From Eubacteriales bacterium (GTDB lineage: Bacteria; Bacillota; Clostridia; Oscillospirales; CAG-272): 64,000 bases of DNA. The stretch covers positions 64,067 to 128,066 of the forward strand of contig JAZPZY010000065.1 in NCBI GenBank assembly GCA_045544955.1. The letters are read 5' to 3'. Both the position numbers and the translations under genes were made by a program. Shown here in pieces: positions 51,038-59,050 of the stretch. Each line of letters opens with the position of its first letter. Position 1 is the first letter of the stretch. Under the pieces are notes generated by a model, which had not been told where the DNA came from, searched no databases, and worked only from the letters and a program-made list of their open reading frames with translations.

Positions 51038-51964
51038 ATGAGCAGCTTTGAAAATCTGCGTATCGTGGACAACTTCTACCAGACGTCGCTGTTTTTCCCC
51101 ATGCCTACCGTCATCATCTCCACGCTGTGTGAGGATGGCAGTACCAATCTTGGTCCCTATTCCCTGGTGCAGCCCTATTACGTGGCCGGCAAGGACTACT
51201 ACGCCATGCTTCTGTGCTGCCGCAATTCTTCCAACACCGCACAGAATATTCTGCGGAACGGAAAGTGCACGCTGAACTTCATCGACGACAAGCCGGCTAC
51301 CTTCAAAGAGGCAGTCAAGCTCTCCTGGCCCGGTGACAAGCCGGAGGAAAAGATGCCCAAGTGCAATTTCAAGTTGGAGAAGAGTCTTCTTGAGGAAGAA
51401 ACCGGCGAGACGCGTCCCATGGTGTTGACCGACGCCATTGAAGCCATTGAATGCACCTGGATGCGGGAGCTGGACGGAGCGGATAAAGATCTGCCCGGCG
51501 AGCTGAACGGCTATGAGGGCCCCTACCACGATTTCAATGGCATCACGTCCAAATTCGGTGCCCACTTCATTCTGCGTATCGATAAGATCCTGATGAAGAA
51601 AAAATACAGCGACGCCATCATAAACGGCGTGCGGGCAAAGGATTTTCCGGCTCTGCCCGTGGACTACGGCTACCGGGACTCCAAAAACTTCTGGTTCCAC
51701 AGGAAAACGAGAATGCGTGCCGAGCTTCTGCAGATGCGTAAGGCATCCCTGGAATCGGTACGTTACGCCGCTGACCGGGCGGACGACACGGTGAAATTCA
51801 CCGACGAGGCTTTGATGACCATCCTGGGCGTGCCGAGAGTATTCCTCTCCGTAGTGCTGAAGGGATGCGTACAGTGGGCGAAGGAAAACAACGTCACCCT
51901 GATCACGGAAGAGCATATGAAGATCATCAACGACAAGCGTGCCAAAGAGAAAAACAAAAAATAA
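51038..51964 (+). CDS. Flavin-reductase-like (FMN-binding split-barrel) protein with a C-terminal extension
   Basis: FPMPTVIISTLCEDGSTNLGPYSL resembles the flavin reductase-like domain. The rest is unassigned. Confidence 0.4.
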   Translation: MSSFENLRIVDNFYQTSLFFPMPTVIISTLCEDGSTNLGPYSLVQPYYVAGKDYYAMLLCCRNSSNTAQNILRNGKCTLNFIDDKPATFKEAVKLSWPGDKPEEKMPKCNFKLEKSLLEEETGETRPMVLTDAIEAIECTWMRELDGADKDLPGELNGYEGPYHDFNGITSKFGAHFILRIDKILMKKKYSDAIINGVRAKDFPALPVDYGYRDSKNFWFHRKTRMRAELLQMRKASLESVRYAADRADDTVKFTDEALMTILGVPRVFLSVVLKGCVQWAKENNVTLITEEHMKIINDKRAKEKNKK

Positions 51965-51986
51965 TTTGTAAGGGAGATATTACACC

Positions 51987-52853
51987 ATGAAAGTAGTACT
52001 GGCAGGTGCCTTCGGCAATCTGGGCGCCGAAATTCTCAAGTGTCTGTGTGAAGACGGACACGAAGTGATTGCCGCCGATCTGAAAGAAACGGCCGTGGAA
52101 GGCTGTGAGGGCAAATACACCTTTGCCCCCATCGACGCTACCGATCCCGAAACGATGAAGGGGCTGTGTGCCGGCGCGGACGTGGTCATCACCACCGTAG
52201 GACTTACCGGCGCCTCCACGAAAGTGACCTCTTACGACATCGATCATAAGGGCAACATGAACCTGTACGCCGAGGCAAAAGCCGCCGGCGTGAAGAAATT
52301 CAACTATGTATCGGTCATTTCCTGCGACGAGCCGGGTGCGGAACAGGTGCCTATGCTCCACGCCAAGTATCTGGTAGAGGAAGAAATCAAAAAGCAGGAT
52401 ATGGACTGGGTGATCTACCGTCCCACCGGCTATTTCTACGACATTGCCAAGGTGTTCAAGCCCTACGTGGATAAAGGCGAGATGCAGCTGCTGAAGGGAT
52501 TCGGCGGCGTGAAGGCAAACGTGGTGGACTGCCCCGATTTTGCCCGGTTTATCGTGGATCACATGAACGACACCAACGTAACCTACAACGTAGGCGGCAA
52601 GGAAACCTACACCTACGAGGAAATGGCAAAGCTGTGTTTTGACGCGGCGGAAAAGCCCCTGAAGATCAAGTGGGCACCCATTTGGCTCTTCGGCATTCTC
52701 GCCAACCTGCCCAAGATCAAAAAAGCAGGCAAGCACGATATTATTCTCTTTTCCAAATGGACGCTCAGCCACGATCTGGTGGGCGATACCGTAGTGGGCG
52801 ACAAGAGCTTCGCCGCCTACATAAAGAAGTATTTTGCAAAGGAGGCCAAATAA
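51987..52853 (+). CDS. NAD(P)-binding NmrA/atypical-SDR-family protein
   Basis: N-terminal MKVVLAGAFGNLGAEILKCL Rossmann motif. Confidence 0.7.
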   Translation: MKVVLAGAFGNLGAEILKCLCEDGHEVIAADLKETAVEGCEGKYTFAPIDATDPETMKGLCAGADVVITTVGLTGASTKVTSYDIDHKGNMNLYAEAKAAGVKKFNYVSVISCDEPGAEQVPMLHAKYLVEEEIKKQDMDWVIYRPTGYFYDIAKVFKPYVDKGEMQLLKGFGGVKANVVDCPDFARFIVDHMNDTNVTYNVGGKETYTYEEMAKLCFDAAEKPLKIKWAPIWLFGILANLPKIKKAGKHDIILFSKWTLSHDLVGDTVVGDKSFAAYIKKYFAKEAK

Positions 52854-52854
52854 A

Positions 52855-53664
52855 ATGCCGTGGTCACTGCTTTCCATTCTGCTTATCGTGTGTGCCGCTG
52901 CGTGTGCGGTTGGCTTTTATAAGTTCGTATACTTTCTTTCCATCGGTTACGGCTTCGCCGTGGCCTTCGGCGGCGTAGCCGTTCTTATCATGTATCTGCT
53001 CAATCCTACCGCCACGCCGCTTTGGATCGTGCTGGTGCAGACGGCTCTCTTTATCGCCTACGGCGTGCGTCTGTCCGGCTTCCTTCTTGTGCGTGAGTTC
53101 AAAAACGCCACCTTCAAAAAGACGGACGTCGCCAAGGATACCCTTGCGAAAAACGGCGAAAAGAAAATGCCCGTATTCGTTCTTGCCGCCATCTGGATCA
53201 CCGTTTCCGTTCTGTACGTGGCACAGGTCAGCCCCATGCTGTTCCGTTACGATAACGCCATGACCGACACGGTCGTTCCTCTCGTTGGCTTTGCCGTCTC
53301 CGTATTCGGTCTGATTCTGGAATCCATCGCAGACAGACAGAAATCCGCACAGAAAAAGGAACGCCCCGACATGGTGGCGATGAAAGGGCTTTACAGAATA
53401 TGCCGCTGCCCCAACTATCTGGGTGAAATCCTCTTCTGGACAGGCGTGTTCGTAAGCGGTATTACCGCCTATCTCACCGTCGGTCAGTGGATCACCGCCG
53501 TTCTTGCCTATATCTGCATCGTATACATCATGTTCAACGGGGCACAGCGGCTGGAAAAGCGGCAGATGGCACGCTACGGCGACAACGAGGAATACAACGC
53601 CTACGCCGATAAGACGCCCATCATCATTCCCCTTCTGCCCATCTACCACCTGAACAAAAAATAA
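52855..53664 (+). CDS. DUF1295 / steroid-5-alpha-reductase-like membrane protein
   Basis: Start at ATG 52855 (GGAGG upstream). Polytopic, with GLYRICRCPNYLGEILFWTG. Confidence 0.65.
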   Translation: MPWSLLSILLIVCAAACAVGFYKFVYFLSIGYGFAVAFGGVAVLIMYLLNPTATPLWIVLVQTALFIAYGVRLSGFLLVREFKNATFKKTDVAKDTLAKNGEKKMPVFVLAAIWITVSVLYVAQVSPMLFRYDNAMTDTVVPLVGFAVSVFGLILESIADRQKSAQKKERPDMVAMKGLYRICRCPNYLGEILFWTGVFVSGITAYLTVGQWITAVLAYICIVYIMFNGAQRLEKRQMARYGDNEEYNAYADKTPIIIPLLPIYHLNKK

Positions 53665-53684
53665 TCGACAAAGGAGCTTCGGAT

Positions 53685-54320
53685 ATGCATGACTTTTCCA
53701 TCTCTATGGCTCTGATAGACTATATTCCCGTCATCTTCTTTGCTGCTGCATCCGTACTTCTCCTGCGGGATCTGTACAATAAAATGAGCAAAGGAGCCTT
53801 TGCCCTTTTCTCCGCCGGCGTGATCGATATTACCCTGGCCGGTGCACTGAAGGCCACCTGGAAGCTGCTGTATGCTGCCGGTACGTGCGACTTTGCCGCG
53901 CTCAACGCCATGTTCTTTCCCGTGCAGTCCATCGGTTTTCTGCTGGCAGGGCTGGGTATTCTTTCCATGCTCATTCATAAGCAGACAAAATCCACGCTGA
54001 TGGCAGCGGTACCGCCCGTGTTTACCGGCACGTTCGTGTTTGTGGGACTGATGGTAGCAGGACTCGGTATTATGGACGCCGTGCTGTGCATTTTGTCCGT
54101 AAAGCTGAAAAAGCCCGCACTGATTGCCGTCTTCGTATTTTCTTTTCTCTGCTCTCTCTGCATGGGCTATCTGTCCAGCCAGGATTTCGCCGAGGCGTCC
54201 ATGAACTGGATCGCCGAGGGTGTCAACGTGCTGGGACAGGGATCTCTCCTCGTCGGTACGCTCCTGCTTCATAAGAACGGGCTTTCTTCGCTGAAACTCC
54301 ACGGAGGCGAAACCGCATGA
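53685..54320 (+). CDS. Polytopic membrane protein, function unknown
   Basis: About six hydrophobic segments and no motif I recognise. It is coding-like and lies in an operon. Confidence 0.5.
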   Translation: MHDFSISMALIDYIPVIFFAAASVLLLRDLYNKMSKGAFALFSAGVIDITLAGALKATWKLLYAAGTCDFAALNAMFFPVQSIGFLLAGLGILSMLIHKQTKSTLMAAVPPVFTGTFVFVGLMVAGLGIMDAVLCILSVKLKKPALIAVFVFSFLCSLCMGYLSSQDFAEASMNWIAEGVNVLGQGSLLVGTLLLHKNGLSSLKLHGGETA

Positions 54321-54964
54321 CGGACGCACTGCTTTCCCTTCTCAAAGAAAAATATCCCCTTTGCCGGCTGGATATAGGCGATTTCTCTCACCTAAAGGCA
54401 AACGGCATGAAATTTGACGTGGAAGCGTACCACGCCGAGGGGCTGGGACACGTATCCGTCATGCGTGCCAAGGGATTTTTCGGTCTGATGAAAATGGATA
54501 CGCTGATGATCGTCCCCCGGGAAAAGGATCTGCCGCTGTATTCCTACGACCGGATCCACGCCATGGGGAACGACACGCTGATCGTGGAACTGTACGATAC
54601 GCTGACGGCTCCCCTTGATCTGTCCGGTCTTGCGGAGGTAAAAGCACGCTTTGCCCATCTTTCGGAAAGAGATCCGGGAGTGCACTGGTACGATGATATA
54701 AAACTGCCGGTGAGCATCTCCAAAAAGGGAAAAAAAGCAGAAACGAAAGAATTGGATGTGCTGGCACTTTCTCATTTTACAGCGTATCTGAACGCACCGG
54801 CAGACAAGCCTGCGGATGCGGCAAAAAAAGCTGTACTGTCCGCCGCCTACGTAAACGGATTGCTCACGCACGGCGGTCCCTCTACGGACGTATTCAAGAA
54901 ATCGCTGGGCGAAGCCAGAACCGGAGAACTGTTCCAAAAGGTACTGTTCGGCACGGAACGGTAA
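54317..54964 (+). CDS. Hypothetical cytoplasmic protein
   Basis: It overlaps the upstream stop by 4 nt, and its composition is typical of the host. I cannot assign a family. Confidence 0.5.
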   Translation: MTDALLSLLKEKYPLCRLDIGDFSHLKANGMKFDVEAYHAEGLGHVSVMRAKGFFGLMKMDTLMIVPREKDLPLYSYDRIHAMGNDTLIVELYDTLTAPLDLSGLAEVKARFAHLSERDPGVHWYDDIKLPVSISKKGKKAETKELDVLALSHFTAYLNAPADKPADAAKKAVLSAAYVNGLLTHGGPSTDVFKKSLGEARTGELFQKVLFGTER

Positions 54965-54982
54965 ATCCCCCCTCAATAAAGC

Positions 54983-55014
54983 AAAACTGCCGCACGCAAC
55001 GTGCGGCAGTTTTT
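54983..55014 (+). terminator. Intrinsic terminator
   Basis: AAAACTGCCGCAC-N5-GTGCGGCAGTTTT followed by T. Confidence 0.8.
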
Positions 55015-55185
55015 GCGTTGCCCGTGGCTCCGCCCCTATGCTAAGACATGGGTATCAACGGTTGTTTTACAACCGCCTCCCGAACTCTCCGCCCCGGAGA
55101 ATCCATACACTTTCGCTCTATTGATTCCACCGGTGGTTTCGTGTATAATAAAATCACAAGATCCGGAGCTTGAATTTTTTGTGAG

Positions 55186-56058
55186 GTGAAAACCGTGTAC
55201 GAATGTAAAATTGCAGAGAAGCTGTCCGCACTCCGTGCGGCAAAAGGCGTAACCCAGGATGAGGCAGGCCAGAGCCTGAACGTTTCGGGAAAGACCGTGT
55301 CAAAATGGGAGAACGGTTCCTCCACGCCGGATATCCCCATGCTGGTAAAACTGGCAGAATACTATGGCGTCACCACCGATGCCATTCTGGGACTGTCCCA
55401 AGAGAAAAAGGCCGACACACGGGAAGAAATCCGTGCCGCCTTCCGGGGACTTACCCGCAAGGAATCGGTGCTCAAAGCCTTTGAGACCGTAAAATCCATT
55501 ATTCCGGCACTGTACAGAACCGTTTCCAATGAGGAAGACGACGTAAATGACAACGCCGACGTCTTCCCCCCGGAAAACACCCGGTGCCATCGCTCGGAGG
55601 TTTCGATCCATGAATTTTTCGAGTTTGTGGCAAACTCCGAAGACGTAAACGTGGCGGTAATGATGCTGCGGAACAAAGCGAATTTTGCCTGGATGAAGGA
55701 TCCGGCAAAACAAAAAGAGATTGCCCGTCTCTTTACGTTTCTCTCCCGGGAGGATGTGCTTTCCGTTCTGTATTTCATTCACTCCACCGCCTGCTCAGAA
55801 AACTTTACGGCGGATTATATCGCCCAAAACACAGGTGTCCGGGAAGACCGTGTCCGCGAGATCCTCACCGATTTCTGTGCCTTCGGTGCGTGCCGTTCTC
55901 TGACGGCCTATCTTACCGAGGGTGAGGTAACTATGTACGAATGCTTTGGTGACGGTCTCCTTCTCGCCCTGATCACCTTAGCCTTTGAGAAAATGTTCGG
56001 CAAAAGGGCCTACGAATACTGTTTCAACGGCAGATGCAAAATGATTGGAGGAAAATAA
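55186..56058 (+). CDS. XRE-family HTH regulator with a ~220-aa C-terminal domain
   Basis: VTQDEAGQSLNVSGKTVSKWENGSSTPDIPMLVKLAEYYGVTTD. Confidence 0.8.
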   Translation: MKTVYECKIAEKLSALRAAKGVTQDEAGQSLNVSGKTVSKWENGSSTPDIPMLVKLAEYYGVTTDAILGLSQEKKADTREEIRAAFRGLTRKESVLKAFETVKSIIPALYRTVSNEEDDVNDNADVFPPENTRCHRSEVSIHEFFEFVANSEDVNVAVMMLRNKANFAWMKDPAKQKEIARLFTFLSREDVLSVLYFIHSTACSENFTADYIAQNTGVREDRVREILTDFCAFGACRSLTAYLTEGEVTMYECFGDGLLLALITLAFEKMFGKRAYEYCFNGRCKMIGGK

Positions 56059-56059
56059 G

Positions 56060-56887
56060 ATGCGTTTATCGGAAAACATCAAACGGCTGCGTCTTGAAAA
56101 GAATCTGACGCAGGAACAGCTGGCCGAAAAGCTTGGCGTATCTGCCCAGGCCGTTTCCAAATGGGAAACCAGCGACACCTATCCCGACGGCACGCTTCTC
56201 GTTCCCCTTGCCCGGGAACTGGACGTTTCTCTGGACACCCTGTTTGGCAACGATTCTGTTTCCATGGCAGACGTATCGAGGCGAATCCTTTCTCTGATTC
56301 ATGATACCGACGCCAAAGAACGCTTTCACACAGCCCGTGATATTGGCTGGCAGATCGAGCGTGGCTTGTTCAACTGCGGGATGGAGATAGATAAGCAGTA
56401 TGATCCGGAGGAGATCAAAAAGCGGCACGACGCTTCCTACATCCTGGACGACACCGGCTTTACCGTGATCTCAAACGGGAAAGAACCGTTCTTCTCCGTA
56501 TTTCCGGAACCGGAAGAGGGATTCGGTCATTTTCTGAAGGACAAGGAGGATCTGCAAAAGATCTTCGCGGCACTGTCGCATCCGGATACCATGAACGCAC
56601 TGATCTGTCTGTATAAAAAAACGGAGAATTACGTTTTTGAAAGTGCCGTTCTGGCAGCGGAGTGCGGCATTGAAAAGGAGAAGATGGATCCGGTACTGGA
56701 CGATCTGATCCTGCTGAAGATTTTGTGGAAGCAGGAGCTGACTGTCAACGGGGAGAGCCGTACTCTGTACGTCTCACAGCCGAGCCACAAGCTCATCGCA
56801 CTGTTTCTGATGGCCGGAGAGATCCTTTATAAAGGCGGTTACTGCCTGCAGTCTCACCATAGGAATACACCGTTTATTAAGAAATAA
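56060..56887 (+). CDS. XRE-family HTH regulator, with the same architecture as the preceding gene
   Basis: Start at ATG 56060 (GGAGGAAAATAAG upstream). LTQEQLAEKLGVSAQAVSKWETSDTYPD. Confidence 0.8.
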   Translation: MRLSENIKRLRLEKNLTQEQLAEKLGVSAQAVSKWETSDTYPDGTLLVPLARELDVSLDTLFGNDSVSMADVSRRILSLIHDTDAKERFHTARDIGWQIERGLFNCGMEIDKQYDPEEIKKRHDASYILDDTGFTVISNGKEPFFSVFPEPEEGFGHFLKDKEDLQKIFAALSHPDTMNALICLYKKTENYVFESAVLAAECGIEKEKMDPVLDDLILLKILWKQELTVNGESRTLYVSQPSHKLIALFLMAGEILYKGGYCLQSHHRNTPFIKK

Positions 56888-56896
56888 TCACAGACC

Positions 56897-56931
56897 GCCG
56901 AGAGGAACCGTGATGGTATCTCTCGGCGGTT
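56897..56931 (+). repeat. 35-nt hairpin repeat, left copy
   Basis: GCCGAGAGGAACCGTGATGGTATCTCTCGGCGGTT. It is identical to the right copy at 28 of 35 positions and doubles as a terminator-like hairpin. Confidence 0.8.
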
Positions 56932-57058
56932 TCTTTATAGACTGTTTCATATTTTTATGATATAATTATAAAAAATTAGAATCAAGTTCGAACCAAAATT
57001 CAAAAGTGACGACTATACGGGTGAACGTTCAAAAGCATTCCGGAAAGCAGGTAATTTA

Positions 57059-58687
57059 ATGACAAACGATGAAATCATTCAATATTATGATTATCTGATA
57101 AGACTTGCAACATCAAAATGCAACTCGCAAAGTGATGCCGAAGATCTTGTGGGTGATACAATGCTTGCGGCTTTTGCCTATATGCATCGCGGAGGAGTAA
57201 TAGAGCATCCCAAAACTTGGCTCACCAATACGCTTTACCACAAACATAATGATAACCTAAGAAAAAAGTATCGAGCTCCCGTTACAATATGTTTGGACGA
57301 GAGTGTAGAGATTGCGGAGGATGAAGACGAAGAATACTTCGCCTCCGAAGAAGCATCTAAGGTACGTAAGGAGTTAAATCATCTAAGCTTTATTACACGC
57401 GAGGTTCTGATACGCTTTTATTTTGGGAATCAAAGTGTTTCGGATATTGCCGAGGGACTTGGTATTCCCGAAGGTACGGTAAAAAGCCGATTGTCAGCAG
57501 GTCGTAATCAGATGAAGAAAGGACTTGAAACTATGGAAACACGAGAAAACTATTTACCCGGTGAGATGTGTCTGTCTTTCGGCGGATCGGAAGGCTTAAA
57601 AGGAGAGCCTATGTCGCTTGTTGAGGGTGATCTGATTGCAACGAATCTTTTGATTCTTGCATATGACAAGCCTATTACTATCAGTGATCTTTCCAAGGCA
57701 ATCGGTATTCCCGCCGCTTATATTGAGCCAATCATCAAAAAGCTTGTAGATGGCGAACTTATGGTGCAGATGGATAGCGGCAAAGTATATACGGATTTTA
57801 TCATTACAAGACCGCAAAATTCACTCAACAACTTCAAACCGCAGCTTGAGTTTACTCATAAACACTTCGAGACAGTATGGAATATTATCGAAAGAATGTC
57901 CGATAAGATTTTAAAAATGTCTTTTGTAAAAGAAATGAGCACCGAGGAAAGATCAAAGCTTGATAGATATGCCGTTTTGAAAGCGTTACAAGACTTTCAG
58001 CATTTTGGAACAGGAAGGATTGAAGAGCCCAAGTTTCCGAAGCGTAAGGACGGCGGTTGGTGGTTTGCTCAAGCCACTGTATTTGATGCAGGATACAATA
58101 TGAAGGAGTATAACGAAGCATCTGAATATTGCATTCACGGTGGTCACCGCACCTCAGAAGCAGTGGCAGTAGGACGAACCAAGCGTATCCGTTTCTATGA
58201 ATTTGACACTACGTTGTGGGATAGCCCCCACCGTTACGGTGGCGCGTATGAGCTGTACTTCAAGCATATCATTCCATTGCTGTGGAGCATTTACGACAGT
58301 ATTTCACTTGAAGCATCAGATATCCCCAATGAGTTTATCTCCTATATACCCACTCTTGAACGATTGGGTGTAATTGGATACGCAGAGGATAGATTGTGTG
58401 TTAAGATCCCCGTGTTAAAGAAAACGGAATACGATGAAATATGTGCGGTGATTAAAAATGCAACCGAAGAAATTACAACAGCGATTGGAGAAGAATTCAC
58501 AGCTTTTACTGCATCTATGAAAACGCCTATCCCCAAGCACCTTACATCCGTTCCCGAACTTTTCAGATACCACGTAGCGTCGAAGTATTTTGTTATGTCT
58601 ATCGTCAGAGAAGCATACGGCAAAGGATTGCATCTGAAAGATGTTGATTATTGTTGCCCTCCGGCGGTATTGGTGTACGAAGAATAA
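57059..58687 (+). CDS. ECF-type sigma-70-family factor with a ~370-aa C-terminal extension
   Basis: Region 2 is DAEDLVGDTMLAAF ... WLTNTLYHKHNDNLRK. Region 4 is SVSDIAEGLGIPEGTVKSRLSAGRNQMKKGL. About 370 further residues follow with no obvious TM segment. Confidence 0.75.
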   Translation: MTNDEIIQYYDYLIRLATSKCNSQSDAEDLVGDTMLAAFAYMHRGGVIEHPKTWLTNTLYHKHNDNLRKKYRAPVTICLDESVEIAEDEDEEYFASEEASKVRKELNHLSFITREVLIRFYFGNQSVSDIAEGLGIPEGTVKSRLSAGRNQMKKGLETMETRENYLPGEMCLSFGGSEGLKGEPMSLVEGDLIATNLLILAYDKPITISDLSKAIGIPAAYIEPIIKKLVDGELMVQMDSGKVYTDFIITRPQNSLNNFKPQLEFTHKHFETVWNIIERMSDKILKMSFVKEMSTEERSKLDRYAVLKALQDFQHFGTGRIEEPKFPKRKDGGWWFAQATVFDAGYNMKEYNEASEYCIHGGHRTSEAVAVGRTKRIRFYEFDTTLWDSPHRYGGAYELYFKHIIPLLWSIYDSISLEASDIPNEFISYIPTLERLGVIGYAEDRLCVKIPVLKKTEYDEICAVIKNATEEITTAIGEEFTAFTASMKTPIPKHLTSVPELFRYHVASKYFVMSIVREAYGKGLHLKDVDYCCPPAVLVYEE

Positions 58688-58702
58688 AATATAACGATAA
58701 TT

Positions 58703-58737
58703 GCCGAGAGCGACCGTTTTAGTTACTCTCGGCGGTT
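58703..58737 (+). repeat. 35-nt hairpin repeat, right copy
   Basis: GCCGAGAGCGACCGTTTTAGTTACTCTCGGCGGTT. Confidence 0.8.
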
Positions 58738-58820
58738 ATTATATTAACATTGCGATTTCACAAAAACAAAAAAAATCCAAAACGATCGCCGATTGGCAAT
58801 AATTTCGGATTTCTCTTATT

Positions 58821-58846
58821 TGGCTCCCACGGCACGGGCTCGAACC
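58821..58846 (-). other. Fragment resembling a tRNA 3' end (T-loop, acceptor strand and CCA); not a complete tRNA
   Basis: The minus strand reads GGTTCGAGCCCGTGCCGTGGGAGCCA. No complementary 5' acceptor strand (TCCCACG) or cloverleaf could be built from the upstream sequence. Confidence 0.35.
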
Positions 58847-59050
58847 AGCGACAACCTGATTGAGAAATTCAGACTTCATTTGTCCAGCAAAATATGCACG
58901 TCATCGTGGCCGACTTCCGAAAACACAGTCGTGCAGCACGGCTCGGCGCTTCGCTTACACTTGCCGCGCTGCTCTCCTTGTTTTCGTTATCTCCCGTCGA
59001 AAAACGGTTCACCGGACCGTTTTTCTCGGTCGCCTACCGACTTCGCCCGC

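Noticed and set aside
58821-58910. A possible complete tRNA gene on the minus strand.
   Set aside because: - Only the segment from the T-loop to the CCA looks like tRNA.
- The putative T-stem pairs at only 3 of 5 positions.
- No complementary 5' acceptor strand, D-arm or anticodon arm could be built, including an attempt at an 8/5 tRNA-Sec-like fold.
- I kept it only as a relic or att-like fragment.
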